From a virus (lineage: Duplodnaviria; Caudoviricetes), in the IMG/VR virus record IMGVR_UViG_3300044472_000032, positions 1 to 63,511 of that record: DNA of 63,511 nt. One strand, 5' to 3'. Numbering within the stretch: position 1 is the first letter of the stretch; each line of letters starts with the position of its first letter. The notes beneath the pieces were generated by a model. That model did not search any database and was not told where the DNA came from. It saw only the letters and a program-made list of their open reading frames with translations. Positions 1 through 8,028 of the stretch are shown here, piece by piece. The position numbers and the translations under genes are program-made.

Positions 1-13
1 CCTCGATGTGCAG

Positions 14-51
14 ACTGTATACGGTACAATGCACCCTGTCAACAACTATCT
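14..51 (-). promoter_or_regulatory. Repeated sigma70-type promoter P1 with operator-like spacer; drives the DUF932 gene across the junction
   Basis: Minus strand reads AGATAGTTG-TTGACA-gggtgcattgtaccgta (17 nt)-TACAGT. Confidence 0.8.
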
Positions 52-250
52 ACCAGGAAAGTTCCCGCCATTCGCGCCCGGTGTCGAGCTCGCAGGAATG
101 GACGGCGATCTCGGGCCCGCGCATCCCGTCGCCGCAATCGAGCCTGACGGTGCAGATCTCGCCGAACACGGATTCGACGTAAACGCGCCCATGTCCGCGC
201 CATATGGCATGCTGACCAGGTAGCGGCGGCATATTGGCGGTGGTGCTCAT
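50..250 (-). CDS. Hypothetical protein
   Basis: 66-aa ORF; ATGA overlap with the upstream gene. Confidence 0.6.
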   Translation of the reverse strand: MSTTANMPPLPGQHAIWRGHGRVYVESVFGEICTVRLDCGDGMRGPEIAVHSCELDTGREWRELSW

Positions 251-480
251 CTGGCCGCCTTCAGTTCAGCTACCCATTGTTCAAACTTGCAGCCGCGCGG
301 GAAGGCGTCGGAGAAGTCCCATGACGGCCCTGAGCGGTCCATTGGGCCGACAAATCGGAGCCGCGCTTCGGCACAACGCTTGACGATTTCTTCGTAAATC
401 GCGGCTGGCCAGATTGCCTTATAGTGATCAAGCTGGCGCTGCTGCGAAGATAGCGCATCGTTACCGTTCATCATAAGCAT
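247..480 (-). CDS. Hypothetical protein
   Basis: 77 aa; SD AGGAG upstream. Confidence 0.7.
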   Translation of the reverse strand: MLMMNGNDALSSQQRQLDHYKAIWPAAIYEEIVKRCAEARLRFVGPMDRSGPSWDFSDAFPRGCKFEQWVAELKAAR

Positions 481-494
481 CTCGGAATCTCCTA

Positions 495-668
495 TTACGC
501 GTAAAGTTCTACGACGCGCTTGCCGTCTTCGTCGAATACTTGGACAAAAGAGGCGCCAGTCTTGCCGGCGGGCGGGCTGACTACCTCGCAGCGGACGTCG
601 TCGGTGGTCAGGATTGCCGCCAGGGCTTCGCAGCGTTCGCGGGAGGCGCTGGTGTTTTTGCTGTCCAT
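495..668 (-). CDS. Small hypothetical protein, probably leaderless (not in ORF track)
   Basis: MDSKNTSASRERCEALAAILTTDDVRCEVVSPPAGKTGASFVQVFDEDGKRVVELYA (57 aa); ATG lies 6 nt after the P2 -10 box TAGAGT. Confidence 0.7.
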   Translation of the reverse strand: MDSKNTSASRERCEALAAILTTDDVRCEVVSPPAGKTGASFVQVFDEDGKRVVELYA

Positions 669-674
669 GTCCAG

Positions 675-712
675 ACTCTACAGGGTACGCTGTGCCCTGT
701 CAACAACTATCT
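675..712 (-). promoter_or_regulatory. Repeated promoter P2
   Basis: AGATAGTTG-TTGACA-gggcacagcgtaccctg (17 nt)-TAGAGT; the spacer forms the near-palindrome CAGGGCAC-agc-GTACCCTG. Confidence 0.8.
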
Positions 713-727
713 CTAACCAGCCTTGGC

Positions 728-766
728 CTATTTTGCAGCCAGCCTGGCAGCGGCTACAATTGACTC
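728..766 (+). promoter_or_regulatory. Outward-facing promoter for leaderless tail gene
   Basis: ctattttgcagccagcct (identical at 3670-3687), then TACAAT, 6 nt, ATG767; no SD. Confidence 0.65.
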
Positions 767-1666
767 ATGGCCGACTTTACCCGATGCCTGATCGCTCACT
801 GCGGACTCGTAACCCGGGCGGATCTCACCCTTACCGCGTCCGCTGCGGCGCCTGGTAGCCCCGCCAGCAACCTAGCCCTACCTCAGCCCACGGACTGGTG
901 GACTGCGCCGGCAGAGAGCCGAAGCTCGTTTGCCTTGCGGCTGGTAGTCGGCCCGCTCGACCTATCGGAGGGCGAGCTGTGGGATCTGGTCGCGCTCCCC
1001 TACTGCAACGCGGGAGATGGGGATGGATTCAAGCTCTCGGCCGCCACCACCGAGAGCGGGCTTGCGACGCCGTCATGGGAGACGGGCGAGCTGCCCCTGT
1101 CCAGGTACAGCGGGCAGGCTCGCTTTGATCCCTACGGGCGCGATAGGACCGCCTATAGCGCCGTGCACGGCTGGGCGTGGCGCGGGGATGCTGGGTGGAC
1201 TGGTGGCGCGGGGCGGAACGAGCCGTGGCTACGGATCGACTTTTACATCCGCTCGCCGCGGATCCCGGCGGACTGGACAGAGGCCGCTTATTTTAGGGCT
1301 GGAAATTTGGTGGTGGCGCAGGCCTGGCAACCAAGCGGGCATGTCGAGATTGGCGAGACTCACGGATACATGGCAGGCAGCACCCGGGTACGGACCGCCG
1401 GTAAAGCACTGCGAGTAACTCCACAGCGGCAACCTAAGCAAGGGAATTTTAAGTTGCAGTTTATGACCGAAGTTGAAAGCGCCACCAAGTCGAGCGAGCT
1501 GGCGCGGGTGGCTGGCGACGGATGGCCAGTGTTTTTTGTGCTCGATCCGGATAACGATACGACCGGACACGAAACTACATTTTTCGGGCCGATCGAAGCG
1601 AGCGATATGGCTAAAAGAAATTACGATGTGTGGGATCGCGTTATAAAGATTCAGGAAATGCTTTAA
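767..1666 (+). CDS. Putative minor tail / virion structural protein
   Basis: 299 aa, Trp/Gly rich; continues the tail module that ends at 61670; C-terminal pattern resembles distal-tail-type proteins. Confidence 0.6.
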   Translation: MADFTRCLIAHCGLVTRADLTLTASAAAPGSPASNLALPQPTDWWTAPAESRSSFALRLVVGPLDLSEGELWDLVALPYCNAGDGDGFKLSAATTESGLATPSWETGELPLSRYSGQARFDPYGRDRTAYSAVHGWAWRGDAGWTGGAGRNEPWLRIDFYIRSPRIPADWTEAAYFRAGNLVVAQAWQPSGHVEIGETHGYMAGSTRVRTAGKALRVTPQRQPKQGNFKLQFMTEVESATKSSELARVAGDGWPVFFVLDPDNDTTGHETTFFGPIEASDMAKRNYDVWDRVIKIQEML

Positions 1667-1718
1667 GTTCCGATCCCTGGAATTTCCCGGGGGCGGTGTG
1701 GCAGAGGGGTAATGTCAG

Positions 1719-2582
1719 ATGTCCAGATTGAGTAATGCTCTCTTTTGGTTTTTGTTGTCGGTGTTGGTGTTGGTGGTGCCGGCTTCCGTCGCGGTGGCTG
1801 GAGACGAGGACGAAAACGGCGGGGACTTGGAGGCGATAGCGACGATGCCAGTTGTACCAGAAACTTATGATCGAGTTTTGGAATTGACGGAAACTGCGGG
1901 CACTGGCCCCTACGCGCTGCTCGGCCATCCCGGCCCGGAATGGCGCAACTTCCGCGCGGCCATTGCGGATGGCGGCGCGGTCTATTACGCGGTGCAGCAG
2001 GTTGGAAATGGTTATGAAGTCGGCATCGGCACGCTGAGCTACGGCACCGGACCGAGCGGGGCGGACGTGCTCAACAGGACGTCTATCACCATCAGTTCGA
2101 ACGGGAATGCGGCTGTGAATTGGGGCGGTGGCAAGAAAACGATTTTCGCATCGTGGCCGGCTGACCGGTTGAGGCTGCAGGCGGTACAGCTCCAGCTTAG
2201 CACTGAGCCGACCTATGCATCAGGAATAGCCGAAGAAGTTGTATGGACTACTGAAATTTATGACACTGCGAATACTTGGACTTCGGGCTCTAGGATCACG
2301 GTTCCATCGTTCGCGAAACGCGCTCGTGTCACATTTACCGCAAGGGGTCTTGGAAACGGATATTTCAAACTCGTTAACATTGACCATGCGATTGATGCCG
2401 GCAGCGGTTTTAGGCAGAAGTTCACCGCTGATTTCCCACTTTTCGATGACGAAGCAAATGCTTCGGTTTGCTCTGGCTGGCTAGTAGTAGAGCCGGGCGA
2501 TCGGCTGGCTATCGAGGCACTTGGAATCGATAGCGTAATGTCCGAAGTGGTTGCGGCGCTCACCATCGAATGGGGCAACTAA
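1719..2582 (+). CDS. Putative tail fibre / virion structural protein (alternative start at 1845)
   Basis: DRVLELTETAGTGPYAL...YEVGIGTL...LNRT..SSNGNAAVNWGGGKK motif typical of phage tail-fibre N-termini; beta-rich C-terminus. Confidence 0.65.
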   Translation: MSRLSNALFWFLLSVLVLVVPASVAVAGDEDENGGDLEAIATMPVVPETYDRVLELTETAGTGPYALLGHPGPEWRNFRAAIADGGAVYYAVQQVGNGYEVGIGTLSYGTGPSGADVLNRTSITISSNGNAAVNWGGGKKTIFASWPADRLRLQAVQLQLSTEPTYASGIAEEVVWTTEIYDTANTWTSGSRITVPSFAKRARVTFTARGLGNGYFKLVNIDHAIDAGSGFRQKFTADFPLFDDEANASVCSGWLVVEPGDRLAIEALGIDSVMSEVVAALTIEWGN

Positions 2583-2693
2583 TCCGCCTCGCGGGAATTG
2601 GTTTATAATCCCAACCACGCCAAAGCAATCCGGCCGCCACTGGCCACCAAGAATGAAACCTGCCTCGATCCATCAAAACACAGGAGCCTCCCA

Positions 2694-3068
2694 ATGTCGA
2701 GCACTGACACCGTCAATTACGCCCAGATTGTTTCAAGCCTCCTCTGCGCCGTCACCGGCGCGGCCGCCAGTAGCTACGAGGGTGACAACAGCATCCGCAT
2801 GCATCGCGAAATCTGCGCCATCGAGCCTCACCTGTTTTTCCCTTCAAACGACCTCGCCCCAAACCTGGACAAGCTCGAGCTCGTCGCGATTTGGGTGGGC
2901 CATTGGATCAATGAGAACAGCGACCTCGACGACACGGACGGCGTGATCTGGCCTGACGTGCTCGCAAACGCGCTTGCGGCGAATCACGAGGAAAACGGCA
3001 CGCCCCTTTGCCCGCCCATGATCGAGCTTCTGCGCGAGCTCGCTGGCCGCCTGAGCGCCACTGCCTAA
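2694..3068 (+). CDS. Hypothetical protein
   Basis: SD AGGAG before ATG2694; TATAAT upstream at about 2604. Confidence 0.65.
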   Translation: MSSTDTVNYAQIVSSLLCAVTGAAASSYEGDNSIRMHREICAIEPHLFFPSNDLAPNLDKLELVAIWVGHWINENSDLDDTDGVIWPDVLANALAANHEENGTPLCPPMIELLRELAGRLSATA

Positions 3069-3129
3069 TTTTTTGAAGTCGAAAGGGTAATCCCGCAAGC
3101 TCCGAAGTTTACAAATAAGCGCTCCTCTC

Positions 3130-3179
3130 AAGGGGCGGCACGTGTTACCCGCGCGCGCCGCCCCTTATTCTTTTTCTTT
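3130..3179 (+). terminator. Intrinsic terminator
   Basis: aaggggcggc...gccgcccctt hairpin followed by a T-rich tract. Confidence 0.7.
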
Positions 3180-3340
3180 AGCGCTTTTTCGCAGCGCAAA
3201 AAGATTGCCGAGACGACGACTATTGCGATATTGCGCTGTGTCGTTTCCCATAAAAGGTTTACGATTCGCTGGCCAGCTTGCTGTCGCTATCCCGGGCTGT
3301 CATGGCCTTGGAAACATATCATAATTATTTAAGAGCAAAT

Positions 3341-3384
3341 AAAAAGGCCCCTATCGAAAGAGCCACACGCTCCGATAGGGGACC
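3341..3384 (-). terminator. Intrinsic terminator closing the P3 island
   Basis: cccctatcg/cgatagggg stem followed by TTTTT on the minus strand. Confidence 0.75.
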
Positions 3385-3419
3385 GAGGAGAAGAAGATGC
3401 GCTTTGAGTCAGTGGCGGA

Positions 3420-3563
3420 TTAGCCGCACTTAGTGCACGCGCGCATGCACTCGCCCGGCGCCCAGGTGAACGAATCGGTGAAATACCCAAAATGGGTATA
3501 ACCCGATGGTTCGCCGGGCACGGTGTAGGAACAATGGCGGGACACGGTCCCCATGTCGATCAT
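3420..3563 (-). CDS. Small Cys-containing protein (not in ORF track)
   Basis: MIDMGTVSRHCSYTVPGEPSGYTHFGYFTDSFTWAPGECMRACTKCG (47 aa); SD TGAGGAG, own promoter and terminator. Confidence 0.75.
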   Translation of the reverse strand: MIDMGTVSRHCSYTVPGEPSGYTHFGYFTDSFTWAPGECMRACTKCG

Positions 3564-3603
3564 GGCGGAATCTCCTCATCTCGCTGGCCGGCTCGTTTGC
3601 CCG

Positions 3604-3647
3604 CCTCGATGTGCAGACTGTATACGGTACAATGCACCCTGTCAACA
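3604..3647 (-). promoter_or_regulatory. Repeated promoter P3
   Basis: 44 bp identical to positions 1-44; TTGACA-17 nt-TACAGT. Confidence 0.8.
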
Positions 3648-3669
3648 GCCTGCGCAAAAAAACATCAGA

Positions 3670-3708
3670 CTATTTTGCAGCCAGCCTAGCGCGCCATAGA
3701 CTCACCCC
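3670..3708 (+). promoter_or_regulatory. Outward-facing promoter for leaderless endolysin
   Basis: ctattttgcagccagcct, then TAGACT, 6 nt, ATG3709; same geometry as 728-767. Confidence 0.65.
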
Positions 3709-4425
3709 ATGGACGCACGACAACGCCTCGCCAAGCTCCTGCATGATCAGCCCATCGGCCGCCCTGCTGCCTACAGCCCACCGTCGATCCTCGCTCCTGC
3801 CGCCGCTGGTACTCCGCCACCAGCTACCACACCAGCGGCCAGGACGTCCGCCGTCATCCCCTACACCATTCCCGATGCCGGGCGAGATCTCAAGCTCGAC
3901 CCGGCGATCATTGAGGCCTTCGCCGCCGTGGAGTCGGTTCAGGGGGCATTTGATTCTACCGGCCGACCGGTGATCCTTTTCGAGCGCCACATTTTCGACC
4001 AGAAAACCAATGGGGCATACAGGGCCGAGGCGCCCGATCTCAGCAACCCCAACCGCGGAGGCTATGGCAAGTATGCCGCCCAGCATGATCGCCTCGCTCG
4101 CGCCCGCGCACTAGGCCGCGGGGCGGCAGACGCGGCGGCAGTAATGGCCACCAGCTGGGGGAGGTGGCAAATCATGGGTTTTAACCATCTGCCGGCTGGC
4201 TTTATGACCCTGCGTGATTTTGAGACGGCTATGCGGCGCAGCGAGGCCGACCAGCTCCGAGCGTTCGTCGCTTTCATGAGACACGAGGGGATTGACGGGT
4301 TATTGCGAGCGGGAGACTTCGAGGGTGCTGTGAGAAAATATAACGGCACTGGCCAAGCGCTCTATTACCTTGGCAAGTTTAACGATGCGCTAAAGCGGGC
4401 GAGAGAAAAAAAGCGCAAGAAGTGA
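3709..4425 (+). CDS. Endolysin, N-acetylmuramidase (DUF3380/Muramidase family)
   Basis: AVES...P.ILFERHIF, TSWGRWQIMGFNH and YNG motifs. Confidence 0.9.
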   Translation: MDARQRLAKLLHDQPIGRPAAYSPPSILAPAAAGTPPPATTPAARTSAVIPYTIPDAGRDLKLDPAIIEAFAAVESVQGAFDSTGRPVILFERHIFDQKTNGAYRAEAPDLSNPNRGGYGKYAAQHDRLARARALGRGAADAAAVMATSWGRWQIMGFNHLPAGFMTLRDFETAMRRSEADQLRAFVAFMRHEGIDGLLRAGDFEGAVRKYNGTGQALYYLGKFNDALKRAREKKRKK

Positions 4426-4433
4426 TCCGCCAC

Positions 4434-4478
4434 AAAAGGCATGCGCCCGAACCGCGCTAAATGGACTCGGGCGCATGC
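4434..4478. terminator. Terminator between convergent units
   Basis: 12-bp inverted repeat gcatgcgcccga/tcgggcgcatgc. Confidence 0.65.
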
Positions 4479-4499
4479 TGGCCTGGTTATTGAATGCAA

Positions 4500-4691
4500 T
4501 TAAGGCTTAATTAATAACCTTGTTTTTAGAATCTTGGCAAGTTCTGGTCGCTCTCGCTTCAGCATGTCGCGGGCCGCAGTGGTTGTAATTACGCCTAAAC
4601 CCTGGTTAGATTCCAGTAGATTTACCAATCTATTGAATTCTGCAAATGTTTTTCCTCCGCGTCTGCCGCCTGCAATTACTTCGTACTTCAT
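4500..4691 (-). CDS. Hypothetical protein with N-terminal Walker A-like motif
   Basis: VIAGGRRGGKTF; coupled to the upstream gene. Confidence 0.6.
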   Translation of the reverse strand: MKYEVIAGGRRGGKTFAEFNRLVNLLESNQGLGVITTTAARDMLKRERPELAKILKTRLLIKP

Positions 4692-4876
4692 TTAATTAAA
4701 TCCAATTCGCACCATGCTTGATAGTTCGGAGTGTCTTCTTCTTCGAAAATGTCATCAGGGTTACCAACAGTCAGCGTAACGCTTCCCATGGTAACCAGCC
4801 TGCCGGAGCCATGCGAAGTAGACCCTTTGGTTTCATTCAAAAATAGTGACATAGAATCTTTTTCTATTTCTGCCAT
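4688..4876 (-). CDS. Hypothetical protein
   Basis: 62 aa within a tightly packed operon. Confidence 0.55.
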   Translation of the reverse strand: MAEIEKDSMSLFLNETKGSTSHGSGRLVTMGSVTLTVGNPDDIFEEEDTPNYQAWCELDLIK

Positions 4877-5190
4877 GTCGCATCCTCACGCGAGATTGTC
4901 TCCATAACCATCGCGCGCGTCCAGCACTTTGCGCACATGGTGCGCATTCCAGTTGGGTTAAAATATTGCCAACCATCGCGAAAGCACGCGGCGAACCACG
5001 CGCCATTCAGCGATTTGAATATGAACATGTCGCCTTCGTTTTCGTGCGGCCTCATGTTCGAAATGAGATCGGAAATTGCTGCTTTCCTATCAGTACCTGA
5101 ACCACGAACATCGCCAAACCATGCGCGCCAAAATCGCGGGAGCTGGCGCTCTACCTGGATATGAACTTTTGCTAACGCATCGTCTTTCAT
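4864..5190 (-). CDS. Hypothetical protein
   Basis: 108 aa; ATGA overlap. Confidence 0.6.
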   Translation of the reverse strand: MKDDALAKVHIQVERQLPRFWRAWFGDVRGSGTDRKAAISDLISNMRPHENEGDMFIFKSLNGAWFAACFRDGWQYFNPTGMRTMCAKCWTRAMVMETISREDATWQK

Positions 5191-5519
5191 TTGAATTCCG
5201 CATCGTTCCGATGATTGAACTTGCCAGAGAGAATTGCGCGTCGGTAGGCGGATCCCTCTTTGTGGCCGCGGCGATATATCGGACTCGGATTTCGATTCAG
5301 ACCTCGTGGCAGGGATAAGCTAGGAGATATTCCCAGCAGTCCGCAGCACCTGCCAAGCTCTTCATAGCCATAAAGCGTAGCGTTGCCGATTTTGATATTC
5401 AGAATGCGCTCGGAATATCTGTTTGCGTCTTCGACAATTGCCAGAATTCGCGCGCTCATGCGGCCAATGCGCACCGATTCTTTGACGTATTCCAGGATGT
5501 CAATACTTGGATTTTGCAT
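5187..5519 (-). CDS. Hypothetical protein
   Basis: 110 aa; AAGGA/AGGT upstream. Confidence 0.6.
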   Translation of the reverse strand: MQNPSIDILEYVKESVRIGRMSARILAIVEDANRYSERILNIKIGNATLYGYEELGRCCGLLGISPSLSLPRGLNRNPSPIYRRGHKEGSAYRRAILSGKFNHRNDAEFK

Positions 5520-5576
5520 GACCTATTCCTTAACAATACCATGAAATGGAAAAGATCCATATTCGCAATATTCAGC

Positions 5577-6191
5577 TTATCCGCTGCTCTTCCTGCTTAC
5601 GCACCCGCACACGTAGGCTTTTCCGCCTACGTCATCCTGAATAAAGCCCATGCCGCCGCAAATGTCGCAATCTTTATCGGCTCTATTCAGTGCTACCAGC
5701 GCGGCAGATAATAGCTCGGCGTTATTGATTTTGTTGGTCGCCGTGTCCAGCTCCTCTTGAGTCAAAACTCGCCTGGAATGCAGCTGTGATCGCTGGCACT
5801 CATTGTCGCAGGACGAAATAGCTTTTGCGAGCGCGTCGACCATAGCCGCTTCGCTGCTTTTCAGGGCGGCCAGCTGGCGAGGGTATGGCAGGCTCAGTGG
5901 GCAGATGCCGAGCGGCTGTAAAACATTTTCAAGCTCGGCGGCTAGTCGTGCCGTTATGTGTTGCCAGCTCATCTGCTCGACAGCGAAGCCGGCATCGGCG
6001 ACTTCGTCCATAACCTCTTTGATTTCCTGAGCGATAAAAAGGCAATCGATCAGGAAGGCTACATTTGATGGCAGGCTATCAAATGGGTGTCGACACGCCC
6101 AGGCAACGTAGCAAATTAGTGCCGTGCCGGGAATGCTAATCGCGGCGGTATAGATCACCGGCGCGATTACGTGCCAGGTTTCAGCGGTCAT
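5577..6191 (-). CDS. Hypothetical membrane-anchored protein with C-terminal Cys cluster
   Basis: N-terminal hydrophobic helix; CDICGG...YVCGC. Confidence 0.6.
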   Translation of the reverse strand: MTAETWHVIAPVIYTAAISIPGTALICYVAWACRHPFDSLPSNVAFLIDCLFIAQEIKEVMDEVADAGFAVEQMSWQHITARLAAELENVLQPLGICPLSLPYPRQLAALKSSEAAMVDALAKAISSCDNECQRSQLHSRRVLTQEELDTATNKINNAELLSAALVALNRADKDCDICGGMGFIQDDVGGKAYVCGCVSRKSSG

Positions 6192-6481
6192 CTCGCACCT
6201 TCATTGGAAGCGAAATACCACGCCAGGAGGCCATCATCTCCGCGGAGGCGATACGCAAAGCCTCCGCCGAATTCGGTTTTGTCAGCAGTCTCGAGATCAA
6301 AGGCCGAGAACATCTGAGGCCGCGAATGCTGGCCAACTTTATACATGGTAACCGCCCTTGGACCGGTGTATTTAATGCATGCGATCGGATCTAAATCGGC
6401 CGCCTCGAGCGCTTCGGCGGCCGATGCCCAGTCAGTAAAAGAGCCGATCGGCGTCTCGTAAGGGTTGGTGTTGGTGCTCAT
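6188..6481 (-). CDS. Hypothetical protein, first gene under P4
   Basis: SD TGAGGAG; 97 aa. Confidence 0.75.
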   Translation of the reverse strand: MSTNTNPYETPIGSFTDWASAAEALEAADLDPIACIKYTGPRAVTMYKVGQHSRPQMFSAFDLETADKTEFGGGFAYRLRGDDGLLAWYFASNEGAR

Positions 6482-6534
6482 GTTTGGATCTCCTCATCTC
6501 GCCGGCTGGCCCGTTTGCCCGCCCCGATGTCCAG

Positions 6535-6572
6535 ACTGTACAGGGCACAGCGTGCCCTGTCAACAACTATCT
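6535..6572 (-). promoter_or_regulatory. Repeated promoter P4 with perfect palindromic operator
   Basis: TTGACA-gggcacgctgtgccctg-TACAGT; ACAGGGCAC-nnn-GTGCCCTGT is a perfect 9-bp inverted repeat. Confidence 0.85.
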
Positions 6573-6711
6573 TTGTGGCGTGTGCATGAAAAGTATCCCG
6601 AGGATTGCACCCAGCCCGGCAACGCTGTGCCAGTCAGGACCGACTCGCAGTATGCGACGGCAGCGCCAGCCAGCGCGCCAATGGCCGCGCATACCAGTTT
6701 GTCGAGGGCAC

Positions 6712-7362
6712 TCATTGCGCAGGGGCCTTGTCCGTCAGGTTATCCAGGAGGTCGCACGTGGCCACCCCTGCCGCTGCCGCGGCCACGTCTGCAACGGGCG
6801 GCCTACAGGCGAACCGCTCCGCCATGGCCAGCCATCGCCTCCAATAGAGGCAGGAGCCGCTCGAAGGGCCCCTGCCGACGTAGCCAGGCGGCAAGCCAGC
6901 CGTACCGCCATCTAATTTTGCATCTCGCCTCTCAACTGGCGCCCATTCCGACGGGCCGGCGTCTCCCTTGCTCCGGTTAACAGATGCCAGGGTCGGGACC
7001 AGGTTGGCTAGGTTGTTGGCCACGCCAATCAGCTCGGCCCTGCTCATGGCGCGGATCCGCTCGCAATCCTCCCAAAGATTTTTGAGCGGGTAAATGTGAT
7101 CGACATCAAAAATACCCGGCGAGACGTCGGTGTAGATTTTTCCGGTGTAGATATCGAGGCCGCTCCACTTTTTGATAGTGCAGCCGTCCGCGCTCAAAGT
7201 GACGGACGTGGCCGCTGCGATCAAAACCCTTTCGCGAGTATCCAGGCACGCGCCAGCCCATCCCGGGCCGAAATCTGCGCGGTTATAGCGCGGGCGCGCC
7301 TCGCAGGCGGTGGCCGGCGGCAGGGAAAAAAGTGCGAGCACTAGCGCCATTGTGGAAATCAT
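6712..7362 (-). CDS. Secreted HNH nuclease (DUF1524-like)
   Basis: Signal peptide; YNRADFG..W, DVDHIYPL, NLVPTLASVNRSKGD motifs. Confidence 0.8.
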   Translation of the reverse strand: MISTMALVLALFSLPPATACEARPRYNRADFGPGWAGACLDTRERVLIAAATSVTLSADGCTIKKWSGLDIYTGKIYTDVSPGIFDVDHIYPLKNLWEDCERIRAMSRAELIGVANNLANLVPTLASVNRSKGDAGPSEWAPVERRDAKLDGGTAGLPPGYVGRGPSSGSCLYWRRWLAMAERFACRPPVADVAAAAAGVATCDLLDNLTDKAPAQ

Positions 7363-7715
7363 TGTTTTCCTTCTTTCTTGTCAAATACGACGGCGATCCT
7401 GCCAAGCATTCTCATATGGCCAATGGCCCTTCTGCGAACAAACTCTTCAATGGTTTCTGTGTATTCTTCACTGTCTTCGTCGGTATACTTTCTACCATCA
7501 GTTTCGCTAGTCCAGATTTGATTGCCGAGAAATTCAATACAGCATTCTTCAAAAAACCCACCACATGCGAAAAGTTCAAATGGATTACTGATGCCAACGC
7601 CATCTTCTGTTTCATCGAGTTCATTAAATTCCTGATTCAGCTTGATTACTATGTCGAGAAGTTCCATAGCCTCGCTGGTTCTTTCTTTCTTTTCGAGAAT
7701 CTCCATGCTGCTCAT
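7359..7715 (-). CDS. Hypothetical acidic protein
   Basis: 118 aa; ATGA overlap. Confidence 0.65.
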   Translation of the reverse strand: MSSMEILEKKERTSEAMELLDIVIKLNQEFNELDETEDGVGISNPFELFACGGFFEECCIEFLGNQIWTSETDGRKYTDEDSEEYTETIEEFVRRRAIGHMRMLGRIAVVFDKKEGKQ

Positions 7716-7723
7716 CCTTTTTC

Positions 7724-7739
7724 TGTTTCACGTGGAACT
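7724..7739. promoter_or_regulatory. parS: Chromosomal-type parS site
   Basis: TGTTTCACGTGGAACT, reverse complement AGTTCCACGTGAAACA; 15/16 match to TGTTCCACGTGAAACA; intergenic. Confidence 0.6.
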
Positions 7740-7751
7740 ATCAAATAAGCC

Positions 7752-7937
7752 CTAAGCAATGCGGAATCGTGAGAATTGCCAAAGCTGGCCACTGCCGATC
7801 TTTTTCAGCTCTTCTTCAAGCTCTTTGACGCGAAGTTCGAGCGATGCGATTTTCGCAACCATTTCCTTGCGCTCACTCCGTAGCGCTCTAACTTCGCTGA
7901 TTCTCTGGTCGTCCAGGGTATCGAGAGACGTTGCCAT
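7752..7937 (-). CDS. Small coiled-coil protein
   Basis: SD AAGGAG before ATG7937; heptad pattern. Confidence 0.6.
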   Translation of the reverse strand: MATSLDTLDDQRISEVRALRSERKEMVAKIASLELRVKELEEELKKIGSGQLWQFSRFRIA

Positions 7938-8028
7938 TATTGCTTTCTCCTTTGTGGGAATTTTGGGCGCAAAAAATGGCGAGAAGCAGCGCCTCTCGCC
8001 CAATGCAGCCTATTAGGTCCGCCGATGT

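Noticed and set aside
3069-3130. Possible riboswitch or ncRNA before the terminator
   Set aside because: Only a short hairpin; no family consensus recognised
1-6572. Repeats as a CRISPR array
   Set aside because: Copies are hundreds to thousands of bases apart, separated by genes, and match promoter geometry; no cas genes
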